Positions 11,521 through 23,095 of a stretch of DNA of 64,000 nucleotides are shown here, one piece after another. Under the pieces are notes generated by a model. The model made no database searches. It saw nothing but the letters and a program-made list of their open reading frames with translations, and was not told the origin of the DNA. The stretch is from Octopus sinensis. Taxonomy: Eukaryota. Positions within the stretch are counted from its first letter, which is position 1, and each line of letters opens with the position of its first letter. Position numbers and translations under genes: made by a program. The DNA is taken from assembly GCF_006345805.1 (NCBI RefSeq), contig NC_043001.1, forward strand, positions 49,724,001-49,788,000, in the 5' to 3' direction.

Positions 11521-13749
11521 TTAAAACAAACAAAAATAAAAAACTGGGGTCAATTAATTTGACTAAAAGCCCTTCAAGGAGGTACACCAACATGGCTTCA
11601 GTCCAGTGACTGAAACACGTAGAAGATAAAAAAGATAGCAATATTGTTTACTTGACCAGGGAGGCTCTTTGATATTTAATAAAAAACAATACCAAATAAG
11701 TGATAGGTATAGCATGTGAGAGAGAGAGAATGAGAATGAGAGGCATGGTGAGTTGTCTAATAATACACCTATCAATGAAGCAGTGAGCTTTGTGTTAACT
11801 TGATGATATTGTAATAGTTTTATGTAAATTAAGGTGGCAAGCTGGCAGAATTGTTAGTGCACTGGGCAAAATGCTTAGGAGCATTTCATCTGTCTTCGTG
11901 TTCTGAGTTCAAATTCCACCTGAGTCGGCTTTGCCTTTCATCCTTTCAGAATCGATAAAATAAGTACCTGTTGAACACTGGGAGTTGATGTAATCAACTT
12001 GGCCCGCTTTAAATTAGTGGTGTTGTGCCAAAATTTGAAACCAATATTTTTATGTAATTTATTTCAACTCATAGTGTTCTGAGTTGATATTCTGTCAGGA
12101 TCAACTTTGCCTTTCTTCCTTCCGAGTTCAATAAAATATAATACCAGTCAAGAACTAGGGTAGTTATAATTAACTGTTCCCACCTGTGTTTTCAGGTTCA
12201 GTACCACTGTACATCAGTTTGGTCAAGTGTATCCACTATAGTTCTGAGCCAACCAATGCTTTGTGAGGGAATTTGGTTGATGGAAACTGTATGAACCCTG
12301 CTGTGTGTGTCATTATCACCATCATCCTTTAACATCCATTTTTCCATGCTGGCATAGGTTGGATAGTTTGACCAGAGCTGGGAAGCAGGTGAACTGCACC
12401 AGGTTCCAGTCTGACTTGGCTTGCTTTCTATGGCTGGATGCCCTTTCTAATGCCAACCACTTTACAGTGTGTGCTGAGTGCTTTTAGTATGACACTGGCA
12501 TGAGCACTTCTTCACCAGTTGGAGCAGCATTAACACTACTGCTGTAGAGAATGGGTCTTCTTGAGTACAGCAAGGCACCAGAAATCTCAGTCCTTTGTCA
12601 TCTCCTATGCATGTGTACATATAAATAGATGTTTGTGTGTGTGTGTATCGATGTGTGGAATAGGAGATCTGTTACTGAAAGACAAGTAAGGCCATCTAGT
12701 TGTGAAATAATACTTCAATATGTTGCATTCATCTAACCAGTGTGTAACATACTCTTGCTCTTTATTAGACATTACAGATTGGTTTTTAGATTTCATTGCT
12801 GTAATTACTGGCAGGTCAAGTGCTCTTAATTCCTCGTTAGTCTAATGCATTTGCATTTCATACAGTTGTTCTAAACTTTTCTTTTTACTTAATGAGATTT
12901 GTTTTGTGATATCAGCATTTTAATGGAAGTTGGTGTTGGACAAATATTTATTAAATTGGAGAGTGTGACAATGGGAAAACATTTAATGTATAACTCTTGA
13001 GGTGCTATTGCAGTAATTAAAATAACACGATAGGTGCAGGTATTGATGTGTGGCTTAAAAGTCAGTTTTACAACTTAGTGGTTTCAGGTTCAATCTCACT
13101 ATATGGTACCTTAGGCTGTATCTGCTGCTATAGCCTCATGTTGACCAATCCCTTGTGAGTCATACAAGAAGCCCAACATGTATGAGTGTGTACTTGTCTT
13201 TCTATTGATACTGTTTGGGCAGTTATGATATTACATTTTGCATGAAGAAAAGGCCTTGTGGTTCGATGTGTGCAAATGTGAAACAGAGTACCTTTTTTGA
13301 AAACAATGCTTGCCATCAAGAAGGGCTGAGTGTATAATAATACTTGAGTCTTTTTCTAACACGAGATAGGTGAATGTAAACAGATGAAAACATACAAGTG
13401 ACTGACAGACTTTAAGAACAATTTTGTATCTGAACAAAGGGTTTATCTTAATCTGTTTACTTTAAACTATTCTTGTAAAGAATTTGTTGAGTCCGTTCAA
13501 ATGAGCTTCGATCCCAATGGTCTAAGGCTTATCAGTTTGCTTTGGGACTATACTACATGTCATTTTTGGTAACAGATCAATCCTGATGAAGCAGAGCTAT
13601 GATTGAAGGTATTCCAATTATAACCATTCTGTTTATTTGGAGGGATGGAAAACTACATTGTCATTCCCTTAAGTTTTGAGGGAGATTTGGCTGCTATTTC
13701 TAGAAAGATGAGTGACCATGTAAGCTTCTGTTACTGGCTCATTATCTCA

Positions 13750-15165
13750 TGTTTAGCTGTATGGGGTACTGTGCAACAGGGTATATTGTGATTGAAGACA
13801 CTAGAAATGGAAACCAACTAAATAGGCTTGGTTTGGTGAGATGTGATACTTTACTAGAAGTGGTTTTCAGTTCAAGAGTTAGCCATGAATACAGTGATGA
13901 ATTTGCAGTTCATCAAGGTTTGGGCCTCAGCCCCCTCCTATTCATCATTGTCCCCCTAGCCAGAACAGAAAAATTTCAGACTGAAAGCTCATGGGAGCTA
14001 CTATATGCTGATGATCTTGCCCCACAACAGAATCTGTAACAACTAGACATTCCAGGTGTGCAATCAAAACCAGGAATTAAAGGATCTGAAAGTTAACTTA
14101 TCAAGACCAAGGTCCTAGTAAGCAAGAAATCAGACAGGTCCCTACCACCTTCAGGTAAATGGTCCTGCTTGATATGTAGGAAAAGTGTTGGCAGGAATTC
14201 CATTCAGTGTATCTAGTGCAGGCTATGGACACATAAGAGGTGCATTGGAATAATAGGGAGGTTAACACAGAAATTAATATTTGTTTGTGGGAGATGCACA
14301 GGAGTCATTAAGACTGCAGATAAATTGGAAACTGATTTCCTCAAATGTCCTGGAGGCTCTCTTGAACTAGTAGATAATTTCTGCGACTTAGGTATCCTAA
14401 TTAGTGGAGGAAGGTGTACTGAAAGTATGATTACTATAATAAGAAAAGGATGGAAAAAGTTGAGAGCTTTTACCTATGTTGGCAACCAAAGGTCTCTCTC
14501 TCTCTCTCCAAGAGAAAGGAAGATTGTATGATGTATGTCTACAAAAAGCAATGCTACATGGTAGTGAAATGTGGGCGCTGAATGGGAAGACCAGCAAAGA
14601 CTAGAACGGAATGTAGCTGGTATGCTCTGCAGGATGTTCAATGTTTGTGTACATGTGTGACAGATCACTAGTGTACTGAGGGAGAAGTTAGACATAAGAG
14701 GAATTAAATGCAGTGTGCAAGAGAGAAGACTGCACCGGTTTGGTCATGTGATGCATGTGGATGAAGATAGTTGCATAAAGTGTCAATCACTTAAAGTGGA
14801 GGGAAGTTCTGAAAGAAGGAGACCCAGAAAGATATAGAACAAAGTATTGAAGGTTGGTCTCAAAATGCAGAGCCTTATGAAGGAGGTAGGAAAAAAACTG
14901 AGATATATGGTGCCTTGTTGTACTCAAGAAAACTTGCCCACCACAGCAGAATTGATATCCTACTGGTTCCACAGAAAAAGATGCTGGTGCCATGTAAAAG
15001 CACCTGGTGCATTCTGTAAAGTGGTTGGCATTAGGAAGGACCTCCAGCTTTAGAAACCATGCTAAAACTGACTATGGAACCTGGTGTGACCCCTGGCCTT
15101 GCTATCTTCTGTAAACCAATCAGTTCATGCTAGCATGGACAATGGATGTTAAATGATGATGATGA
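13750..15165 (+). mobile_element. Decayed 5'-truncated RTE-clade LINE: RT domain through 3' UTR
   Basis: HQGLGLSPLLF..WELLYADDL (RT YADD motif), then frameshifted KWSCLICRK/WTHKRC cysteine-rich segment, MLHGSE.W, ERRL.RFGHVM and GRPRK. Ends gttaaatgatgatgatgat. Confidence 0.9.
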
Positions 15166-15615
15166 TCCTATGGTCTTCTACTCTGTGTGTGTGTGTGTGT
15201 ATAAAAGCATACTTGAGAATCACTCAGCACTAGTGGACATATTTTGTTGATGTACTCTGTTTTTTGAGTGCCATCAAACTGATATTTTCTTAATGTGGGA
15301 AAGTAGTGAAAATGGCTTGGTAAATTCTGATCTGAGCCGAAGTGAGGTGAGGACGACATTGAAAAAGTAATGCATGACTGGGATACATAATATGTATTGC
15401 AATCCTGTCCAATTGATGTTAGTATAATTTAATAAATCCATATTTTACAAACAAAACAAAACTACCACGTTCTCTATCTTTTTCATTCTCAGCTGAAGGG
15501 CAAGGTCCCAATTTGCTGCAAATAAATTTAGTAAACCTCCATTGAGCCAACTGTTGCAGCCAACCATTTCTTTTGATTCTGACTTGATACCATGCTTTTA
15601 ACTGATTATTTTCAG

Positions 15616-15706
15616 GTAATAAATGGCAGAAATACATAACCCTAATAGAGAAAGCTAATAAGAATTACAAATCTTGTAAACAGACCAACTGTAGCTGCCA
15701 CATTCA
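15616..15706 (+). CDS. POGLUT1: POGLUT1/Rumi coding exon, first one located (91 nt): (G)NKWQKYITLIEKANKNYKSCKQTNCSCHI(Q)
   Basis: Manual translation. Acceptor ttttcag| and donor |gtaagt. The KW..YI..I..A...Y..C...NCSC pattern matches the POGLUT1/Rumi N-terminal region, and the phase joins the next exon (CA+A=Gln). Confidence 0.93.
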
Positions 15707-16339
15707 GTAAGTTTTCTAATATTTCTCACTATTTCAACAGTCAGATTAACATATTTAGTTACTCCAGGGACATGTTATAGCTCTGTGTATGTGTGTTTTG
15801 CATAATATTAGTAGAACAGTGTAGTGTTTATTACATAGTTATGTATGATTCATTGTATCTATGGTGTGGTGGTTGTGTGTTCGTGTATTTATAGAAAGAT
15901 ACGGTAAGGTTTCTCAAACCAGGTTCTGCAAAAACCTAGGGTTATGTGAAAAAGTTCCAGGTTTCTGTGAGAAACAGTATCTCTTAATAAAATTTAACTT
16001 CTTATCAAAAGAAATTGTATTCACTTTTAAATTAATAACTATGATTTTTATGTGAATTCATTATTTCTCTAAAACAATTTTCGTTTCATTTAATGTTTTT
16101 ATTAAAACTAGATTGGTGACGGTTGTCCATAGAATATAGGTATGGGTACTGTGATTATTTTGGAAATCAGATAAGGGTTTTGTGACAATAAGTTTCGGAA
16201 CCATTGGGGAATAGTGTATGTGTGTGTGAAATATATACAGTAATGTATATACATTTGGGTGCACAGATGTGAGAAAAGGTGCATGATATATTGTGGGGTT
16301 TATTTATTCATATGATACTGATTTACTCTGTGCCTGAAT

Positions 16340-16600
16340 TACAATAAAAACGTATGCCTATTCAACGTGTGTGGTTTCAGCAAGATAAGGCGACGGCCCA
16401 CACAGCCAGAGCATCAATGGACATTCTTCAGCCTCTCTTTGGCGATTGCCTCATTTCCTGGTTTGCTGACATTCCTTGGCCTCCTCGGTCCCCTGATTTG
16501 TCCATGTGTGACTATTTTTTGTGGGGAAGCCCCAAAGCCCCATACATTTGATGATTTGAAGGAAGCTAATTCAATATGAACACATTGATGTCAATGAAAT
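16340..16600 (+). mobile_element. Tc1/mariner transposase C-terminal fragment with DD41D spacing (rosa-type)
   Basis: WFQQDKATAHTA...DIPWPPRSPDLSMCDYFLWG. I count 41 residues between the QQD aspartate and the CDY aspartate. Confidence 0.85.
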
Positions 16601-16722
16601 TTGTTTGCGGCTAAAATTAATGATTTTGTGAATTTTTCATAAACATCCGTCCTCTCTGTCCCACCCTGTAGCTGTTACACTCTGCAGTATTTATCCCCTG
16701 TGTGTTCTTTTTCTTTTTCTAG

Positions 16723-16869
16723 AGTTCTTGATGATGATCTCCATGTATGGGAGCACGAGAAGAAGGGCATCAGTAGGGCTGAGATGCAAGCAGCTAAAGA
16801 CAAGGGTGTCTATTACCAGATTATAAAAAACAAGTTGTACCGTGAAAAAGAATGTATGTTTCCATTCCG
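16723..16869 (+). CDS. POGLUT1: POGLUT1 coding exon (147 nt): VLDDDLHVWEHEKKGISRAEMQAAKDKGVYYQIIKNKLYREKECMFPF(R)
   Basis: Polypyrimidine tract plus ag acceptor and |gtaagt donor. Matches the POGLUT1 YQI.KNRLYRE..CMFP.R motif. In phase with both neighbours. Confidence 0.96.
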
Positions 16870-17118
16870 GTAAGTTTTCTTTCATTCACACATTTCTCTT
16901 TCTTTTTTCTTCCTTCTTAATATAATGATACTAATGTAAGAACATCTATGTATGTAACCTAAACATTTTCTCCTTTTGCCAATTCTCACACTAACTGAAA
17001 CTTCACAACACCTCTTACACTAACCATCTCTTTGAAGGAATAAAATAGAAAGCGTAAGTTTTCTTAGTGCTGTATCACTACCTAACAAGGTGAAATCAGT
17101 GTATATCAACTGGTCATA

Positions 17119-17390
17119 GTGTTCAACACGACATCTTCTACATGCTGACCAACTGATTAGAAATATCAGCCAAATCTCTTTCAAATGATGTCCTGCCGTC
17201 TTAGATATATTGAGATAATTTAGTTCTTGATAAACAAAAAAAAAAAATGGGATAGTCCCATCTTTTTTTTTTGTTTATCAAGAACTAAATTATCTCAATA
17301 TATCTAAGATGGCAGGACATCATTTGAAAGAGATTTGGCTGATATTTCTAATCAGTTGGTCAAGCATATAGAAGATGTCATGTTGAACAC
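17119..17390. repeat. Near-perfect 272-bp palindrome
   Basis: Arms of about 134 bp are reverse complements with about 5 differences, centred on atgggatagtcccat. Confidence 0.97.
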
Positions 17391-18752
17391 CAAATTGTTC
17401 CCCAAGATTGTTTTTTGACAATGTTTCAAACCTTTTGAATTTACCACTCTTTTGACTTTGTAATGGAAATTAGGTTTGTCCACATACAGAAGACTCTCTG
17501 AGCTTTCAGTTTTGAATTCTTTCAGAATGAAGAATGGGTCCGTTTCTTTGACTTTTTATTTCAGTACCCTCATACATAGCTAATTTTCTCATTGATTATT
17601 AGACAACCAGGCCACCTATGAATTGTCTTTCAATAAAAATATAGTTGTTTTTATTTAGCCTACTACTTGCTTTATTTCATCAGGAATGAATCTGCTTTTA
17701 TTTTGATTCATGTCCTGGTATAAAGCAGAACTTAATTTTGTCTGTCTGTCTCTTATGCTTGCTTCTCTATATTGACTTACATCAGTGGTTTTTAATGGTT
17801 TTAACTGTATCATAATAAAGGTCAATTAAGAAATTACTGATATATTTTTTTTTAAATATGTAGTTGAAAATTTAGAATCCATATGATGATATATGAAAGA
17901 AACTATTGCTTTCTTTTGTTCATTCATGTTATGTTGTCCATTTTTCCATGCTAGGTTTAGATGGGGAGCTACTTGAGCAATATTCGTATGGCTTGGTGCT
18001 CTTCTTGTCACCAGCCCTTAGTTTATTTTTTTTTGTGTTTTTTTTTTCCATTTCAGAGGAATTTGAAAACCTAGAGTTAGTGGACAATTTGTTGACAAGA
18101 ATTGTCAACAGAGCTTGCCTTTTTGGCCCTAGAAGGATAAAAGGCAAAAATAACCTTGGCAGAATTTGGACTTCGGACTCAAAATATAAAGACATGTAAC
18201 TAAATTCCATAGGATATTTTGTTTGATCTGCTAAAGTTTCTGTCAAATAACTCCACTTAAATAATTAACGCTTTTTTTCATACTTCTCATTTCAAGTATT
18301 GATTTTAAATTTTGGTACATGCCCAACAATTTTGGAGAAAGACATAGTCAATTGCAGAATTCAACCCCAGAATTCAACTGGTACTTATTTTATTGAGCCT
18401 GATATAATGAAAGCTGTCAACTTCAGTGGAATTTGAACTCAAAGCATAAAGGCAGAAGAAATGCTACTAAGCATTTTGCCTTGTCTGCTAACAATTCTTA
18501 CAAGATGTCTTAATCCTCTTTCTTTGACAGTCATATTTATTTTTCTTTGTTTCCAGATAAAGTTACTTGCAATTTTTTTACCCTCCTTCCAAATTTGTCA
18601 CCTCTAATAATGTCACTACCCTGTCACCTAACAAGATCCTATCTTTTACTAACTGCTATTAGTTTCAACTGGTTTACATTAGTCATCATGCTTAGTAATA
18701 CTATACTTGTACTATTATATATCATGTACATCACTTGTCTCATCTCTATCTT

Positions 18753-18787
<35 letters not shown>

Positions 18788-19096
18788 GTAAGATTAAAAC
18801 TCGTGAGCTATACCCCACCTCCACTAGATGATGTTGTTACTCATAAGCAGACTTGTCCCGTCATTTTCTCACACTTCTCTCCTAGGTAGGTTTACTGAGT
18901 TAATCTTTGTGCAGGTTGTATTTAACAGTAAGTTTATGGTATAATGTTGATCTTCACTTTCAGGAATCTCTTTACTAAATTGAAAACCTTTATCATATAT
19001 ATATATATATATATATATAATAATATTAGGGAGTATAACTCCAAACTTACATGGAAAAATCCAATTTAGTATTAAATCAAATTTCACAGTATAAAT

Positions 19097-19180
19097 AAAA
19101 TATGAATTAGAGATAAAACCACTATTATGCAACTCAGTGATAGACATAAACCAATACATAAATAACAAATAATAAATATA

Positions 19181-19212
<32 letters not shown>

Positions 19213-19377
19213 TTTTTAAGTATAAAATGAATGATAAATATAATATAATAAGTATAATAAATAAATATTAATAATATTTGATAAAAGTATAATAAATATA
19301 TATTATATTTATTATTTATGTATTGGTTTATGTCTATCACTGTTTGAGTTGCATAATAGTGGTTTTATCTTTAATTC

Positions 19378-19384
<7 letters not shown>
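19097..19384. repeat. Inverted repeat with arms of about 85-90 bp around an A/T-only spacer
   Basis: aaaatatgaattagagataaaaccactattatgcaactcagtgatagacataaaccaatacataaataa at 19097 is mirrored by ...ttatttatgtattggtttatgtctatcactgtttgagttgcataatagtggttttatctttaattcatatttt ending at 19384. Confidence 0.93.
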
Positions 19385-19420
<36 letters not shown>

Positions 19421-20198
19421 ATGCCCTGGCACTTGCCACTATCTATATCTCTTCCTTTATTCAACCATCTCATTTATATTCTGATTCCCATTCCTTGTAT
19501 GTCAAGCATTTTTCCACCATCTCCATCATACAGTTCCCCCCTCCACTCTCTCTCTCTTATTTTCTCCTGCACTTCCCTCAAGTTGGGCAACCATGTATTT
19601 TCTTTGCTGTAGCACACCTGTTTTTGTCTTCATTCCTGATCTTTCTCTCTCCAGCTGGGTAACCTTGTACTTCCTCTACAGTAAGACACCTGTGTTTGTC
19701 TCATCACCTCCTCCAATGCCTCCTCCCCTCTTAAAAGTTTTTTTTGTCTTGCCACTTAAAAGCACCCAGTCCAGACTGTAAAGTGGTTGGTGTTCGGAAG
19801 GGCATCCAGCTGTAAAGACCTTGCCAAAACTGACTTCGCTGGTGCTTGTGCCATGTAAAAAAACACTACTCACCTCACCTGTGCTTGTGTCACATAAAAA
19901 GCACAAAGTCCACTCTGCTGAGTGGTTGGTGTTAGGAAGGGCATCCAGTTGTAAAAATCCTGCCAAAACAATCACAGAAGTCTGGTGCAGGCTTCAACCT
20001 GGCCAGCTCTTGTGGTACATCCCATCCATGCTAGCATGGAACATGGGACATTAAATTATGGTGACATATATAACAACTTTTTCTATCGTACAAGAGTAAA
20101 ATACCTAATCTTCCTGCTGTTTTCATGGCTATACTGTGTTTGAAATATTACTTTCTTGTCTGTATGATACGATATATATATATATATATATATATATC

Positions 20199-20488
20199 AC
20201 CGTGACCAACCAGACTATCAGATGCTGCTACACATCGCTGGTCACAATGCGCTTCACATTGTTTCAGTCTTCAAACAACGCCACCCGGCTGGTTAAGCAA
20301 GCAGGCCAACAGAAGAAAGAGTGAGAGAAAGTTGTGGCGAAAGAGTACAGCAGGGACCGCCACCACTCCCTGTCAGAGCCTCGTGGAGCTTTAGGTGTTT
20401 TTGCTCAATAAACACTCACAAAGCCCGGTCTGGTAATCGAAACCGTGATCCTACAACTGCGAGTCCACTGTCCTAACCACTCGGCCAA
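20199..20488 (-). mobile_element. tRNA-headed SINE (family D)
   Basis: On -: ggccgagtggttaggacagtggactcgcag...ggtttcgattacc (A and B boxes). Body shared with the partial + copy at about 32290-32520. Confidence 0.8.
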
Positions 20489-20509
20489 ATATATATATTT
20501 ACAGGGACT

Positions 20510-20790
20510 TCCTCACTGAGAAATTTGATGAGAGGGAGGAGGCACTACAGACTTATGACATAGAAGGTAACTGAAAATTCCTACGGGACAGCTTACTGAG
20601 TGCCACAGACCAAATCTGTGGCTGGTGCAAAGTCCCTTCCAGAACTAGATTAACGTGGTGGTGGAATAATACGGTAGACAAGGCCATTAGAGTAAAGAAA
20701 CAGGCTTGGAAAGCCTAGAAGAGTGGGGGTAGCAGGGAACTGTACCAGATAGCCAGAAGGGAGGCTGGGCGACAAGTATACATATCCAAG
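20510..20790 (+). mobile_element. RTE LINE internal ORF fragment (endonuclease-RT linker)
   Basis: Translates to LRDSLLSATDQICGWCKVPSRTRLTWWWNNTVDKAIRVKKQAWKA*KSGGSRELYQIARREA. The WWWN..V..AI..K motif is typical of RTE. Contains an in-frame stop. Confidence 0.8.
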
Positions 20791-21146
20791 GGAGAAGCAG
20801 AAAAGAAGTTTGCCAATGTTCCAGTGACATCAGGACCAACGACCTGAAGTATTTCAGATTGCAGGACAGTGTGAGAAAGAAAATTGCCACAGGAGAGAGA
20901 TGTGTCTGCATTTTTTTTTATGCTACTGGGATGCAAGCTGGGACTTGATCAACCCTGGATGGGTTAACTGGGTGAAGAAGTGAGTGGTGGAATCTCGTGT
21001 TGAAAGACCCAGAACCCCCTTGACACCCCAGAAACATCCCTGATGCGTCCCAGAACAGCTGTGACATGTATCTTAAAACTTGGATTTTCAACATTTTGAT
21101 GAAGGGTTATTAACTGTTATTTTGTTTTATTTTCACTTCTTTCCAG

Positions 21147-21282
21147 ATGCAGTGGTGTGGAGCACTTTATCAAGAAACTACTGGATGATCTTCCAGATAT
21201 GGAAATGGTCATCAATGTACATGACTATCCCAGGGTACAGAAGTTTCTCGACCCATTACCAGTTTTCTCCTTCAGTAAAGTG
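21147..21282 (+). CDS. POGLUT1: POGLUT1 coding exon (136 nt): [45 protein letters not shown]
   Basis: ttccag| acceptor and |gtatgt donor. [21 protein letters not shown] and PVFSFSK are hallmark POGLUT1/CAP10 motifs. Confidence 0.98.
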
Positions 21283-21952
21283 GTATGTAGTTAAAATCAT
21301 TCATTTCAACCATTTTCACTCATATCTTCATACACTTGTAAGCCTATATCATCTCACCTTTTTGTTATGATAGTTGTATTTCTTAATTATACTTTTTAAG
21401 TTTTGTTTGAAGCAATCACTTGCAGGTGAAGCTGAAGTAGCACTTTGTGTTTTCATATCTGGATTAAAAGCCCCCTTCTGAGACACAAGTCTGGCCGGGG
21501 TTGTTTTTTAATTAAAGCACAAAAGTTATTTAGAAATGCCTTTGCATGTAATTTGCTTATTTATCACTATTTCTCATTGAATTTTAGTTGGGGAATACCA
21601 CTTCAAATACTTATATTCAAAATTAATTGAAGATTATAGACAATATTTTCTTTGAAATATGGTCACAAAAGGGTTAACTTAAGGCACAACACATTCAACA
21701 ATGTAGTTCTAGGTATACTTTCAGGGGTGGAGGGGAGGCTGAACAGTTCCTGGTTTCAAGGGTATCGTGAAAGGCCTGGCTGGAGTCCCAGCCTTCCTAG
21801 TTCTTTTGCAGGGCTTAGAAAAACTGAAGGACTACAGCTTTGCTTTTCATCCTTTTGGGGTTGAAATTCTCTGCTGAAATTGCTGGCCTTGTGCCAAAAT
21901 TTGAAATCAATATTATAATTCTTTGGCTTTTTTTTTTCTCATTTTATTTTAG

Positions 21953-22074
21953 GTGAGTGATTTTTGGGACATAATGTATCCAGCTTGGACATTTTGGGAA
22001 GGTGGACCTGCTGTGTGGCCTATCTATCCAACAGGACTTGGAAGATGGGATCAACAAAGGAAGATCATTTCTCA
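21953..22074 (+). CDS. POGLUT1: POGLUT1 coding exon (122 nt): [40 protein letters not shown](Q)
   Basis: Long T tract plus ag acceptor and |gtaatt donor. [28 protein letters not shown] is essentially the POGLUT1 sequence. Confidence 0.98.
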
Positions 22075-22142
22075 GTAATTACTATTTTTGTTTTTAATTG
22101 GAAAACCTACCTTCATGCACCATTCACAGTTCCTGCCAGCCA

Positions 22143-22190
<48 letters not shown>

Positions 22191-23062
22191 GAGTCTCTCA
22201 ATCTGTGCATCTTTTCCTACCTCTTCTTTCTGGTGGAAATAGTCTTAACCCTTTCACATTTAAACCAGTCATATCTAGGCCTACATATTTCACCTGCTTC
22301 ATGTTCAAACTAACGGGATGTGGCTTCTTACACCTGCACGTCCTTCTAAAATTAAGCAGTCACATCATTGAAATTTCAAAGCTACAATATAATACAAGAT
22401 TAATTCAAAACAATGTGAATAAATAAGTATTATATTTGATTGAGTAATCTGAATACTAAAAGGTTAAGCATTTTATTACCCTCTCACTGACAAATTGGTA
22501 TGGTCTCCACTGATCTGCATCTCCTTGAGAATTAAAAGGAAGCAGTTATAACTGCTACTGACATTTACCAGACCTTCAGCATTGTCTGGTGTCAGGACAT
22601 TCCTCACCTTTATTACTCACCTTTGGTTTCCACTTCTGTCTGCTATGTAGGAAAAGCATCTGGTTTCCCAACCTATTTTTCCCCAGGTCCCACGATGGAA
22701 AAATGTAAGCCCCACCAGTGGTTGGAAAAGAACAACTTTATTTTTAATATTTTATTACAGCTATTTAATACAAAAGAATCTAACGGTAACTCTTTTATTA
22801 AGTACTGAGTACAAGAAAAAAGTACATTATGGACCAAGAAAAAAAAGATTTTCTCAATTCTATCTCTCATTAAATAAAATAAATAAAAAAATTTGGATCT
22901 CATGCCCCATGGCAATTTTTCCGAGCCCTAGACATTGGGAATCACTGATCTAGGTCATAAAAACCTACTTTCCAAATACCTGTTCAATCCAAGCCAACCT
23001 GGAAAATGTGTTAAACAATAATGATGGTAACCAGATTGCACCATTATAGCATATGTTGGTCA

Positions 23063-23095
<33 letters not shown>

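Noticed and set aside
15900-16210. Possible hAT-type MITE fragments here and at about 22683-22950 (ends gggaatcactgatctag)
   Set aside because: Only one terminus resembles a hAT TIR. No paired TIR or 8-bp TSD could be verified.
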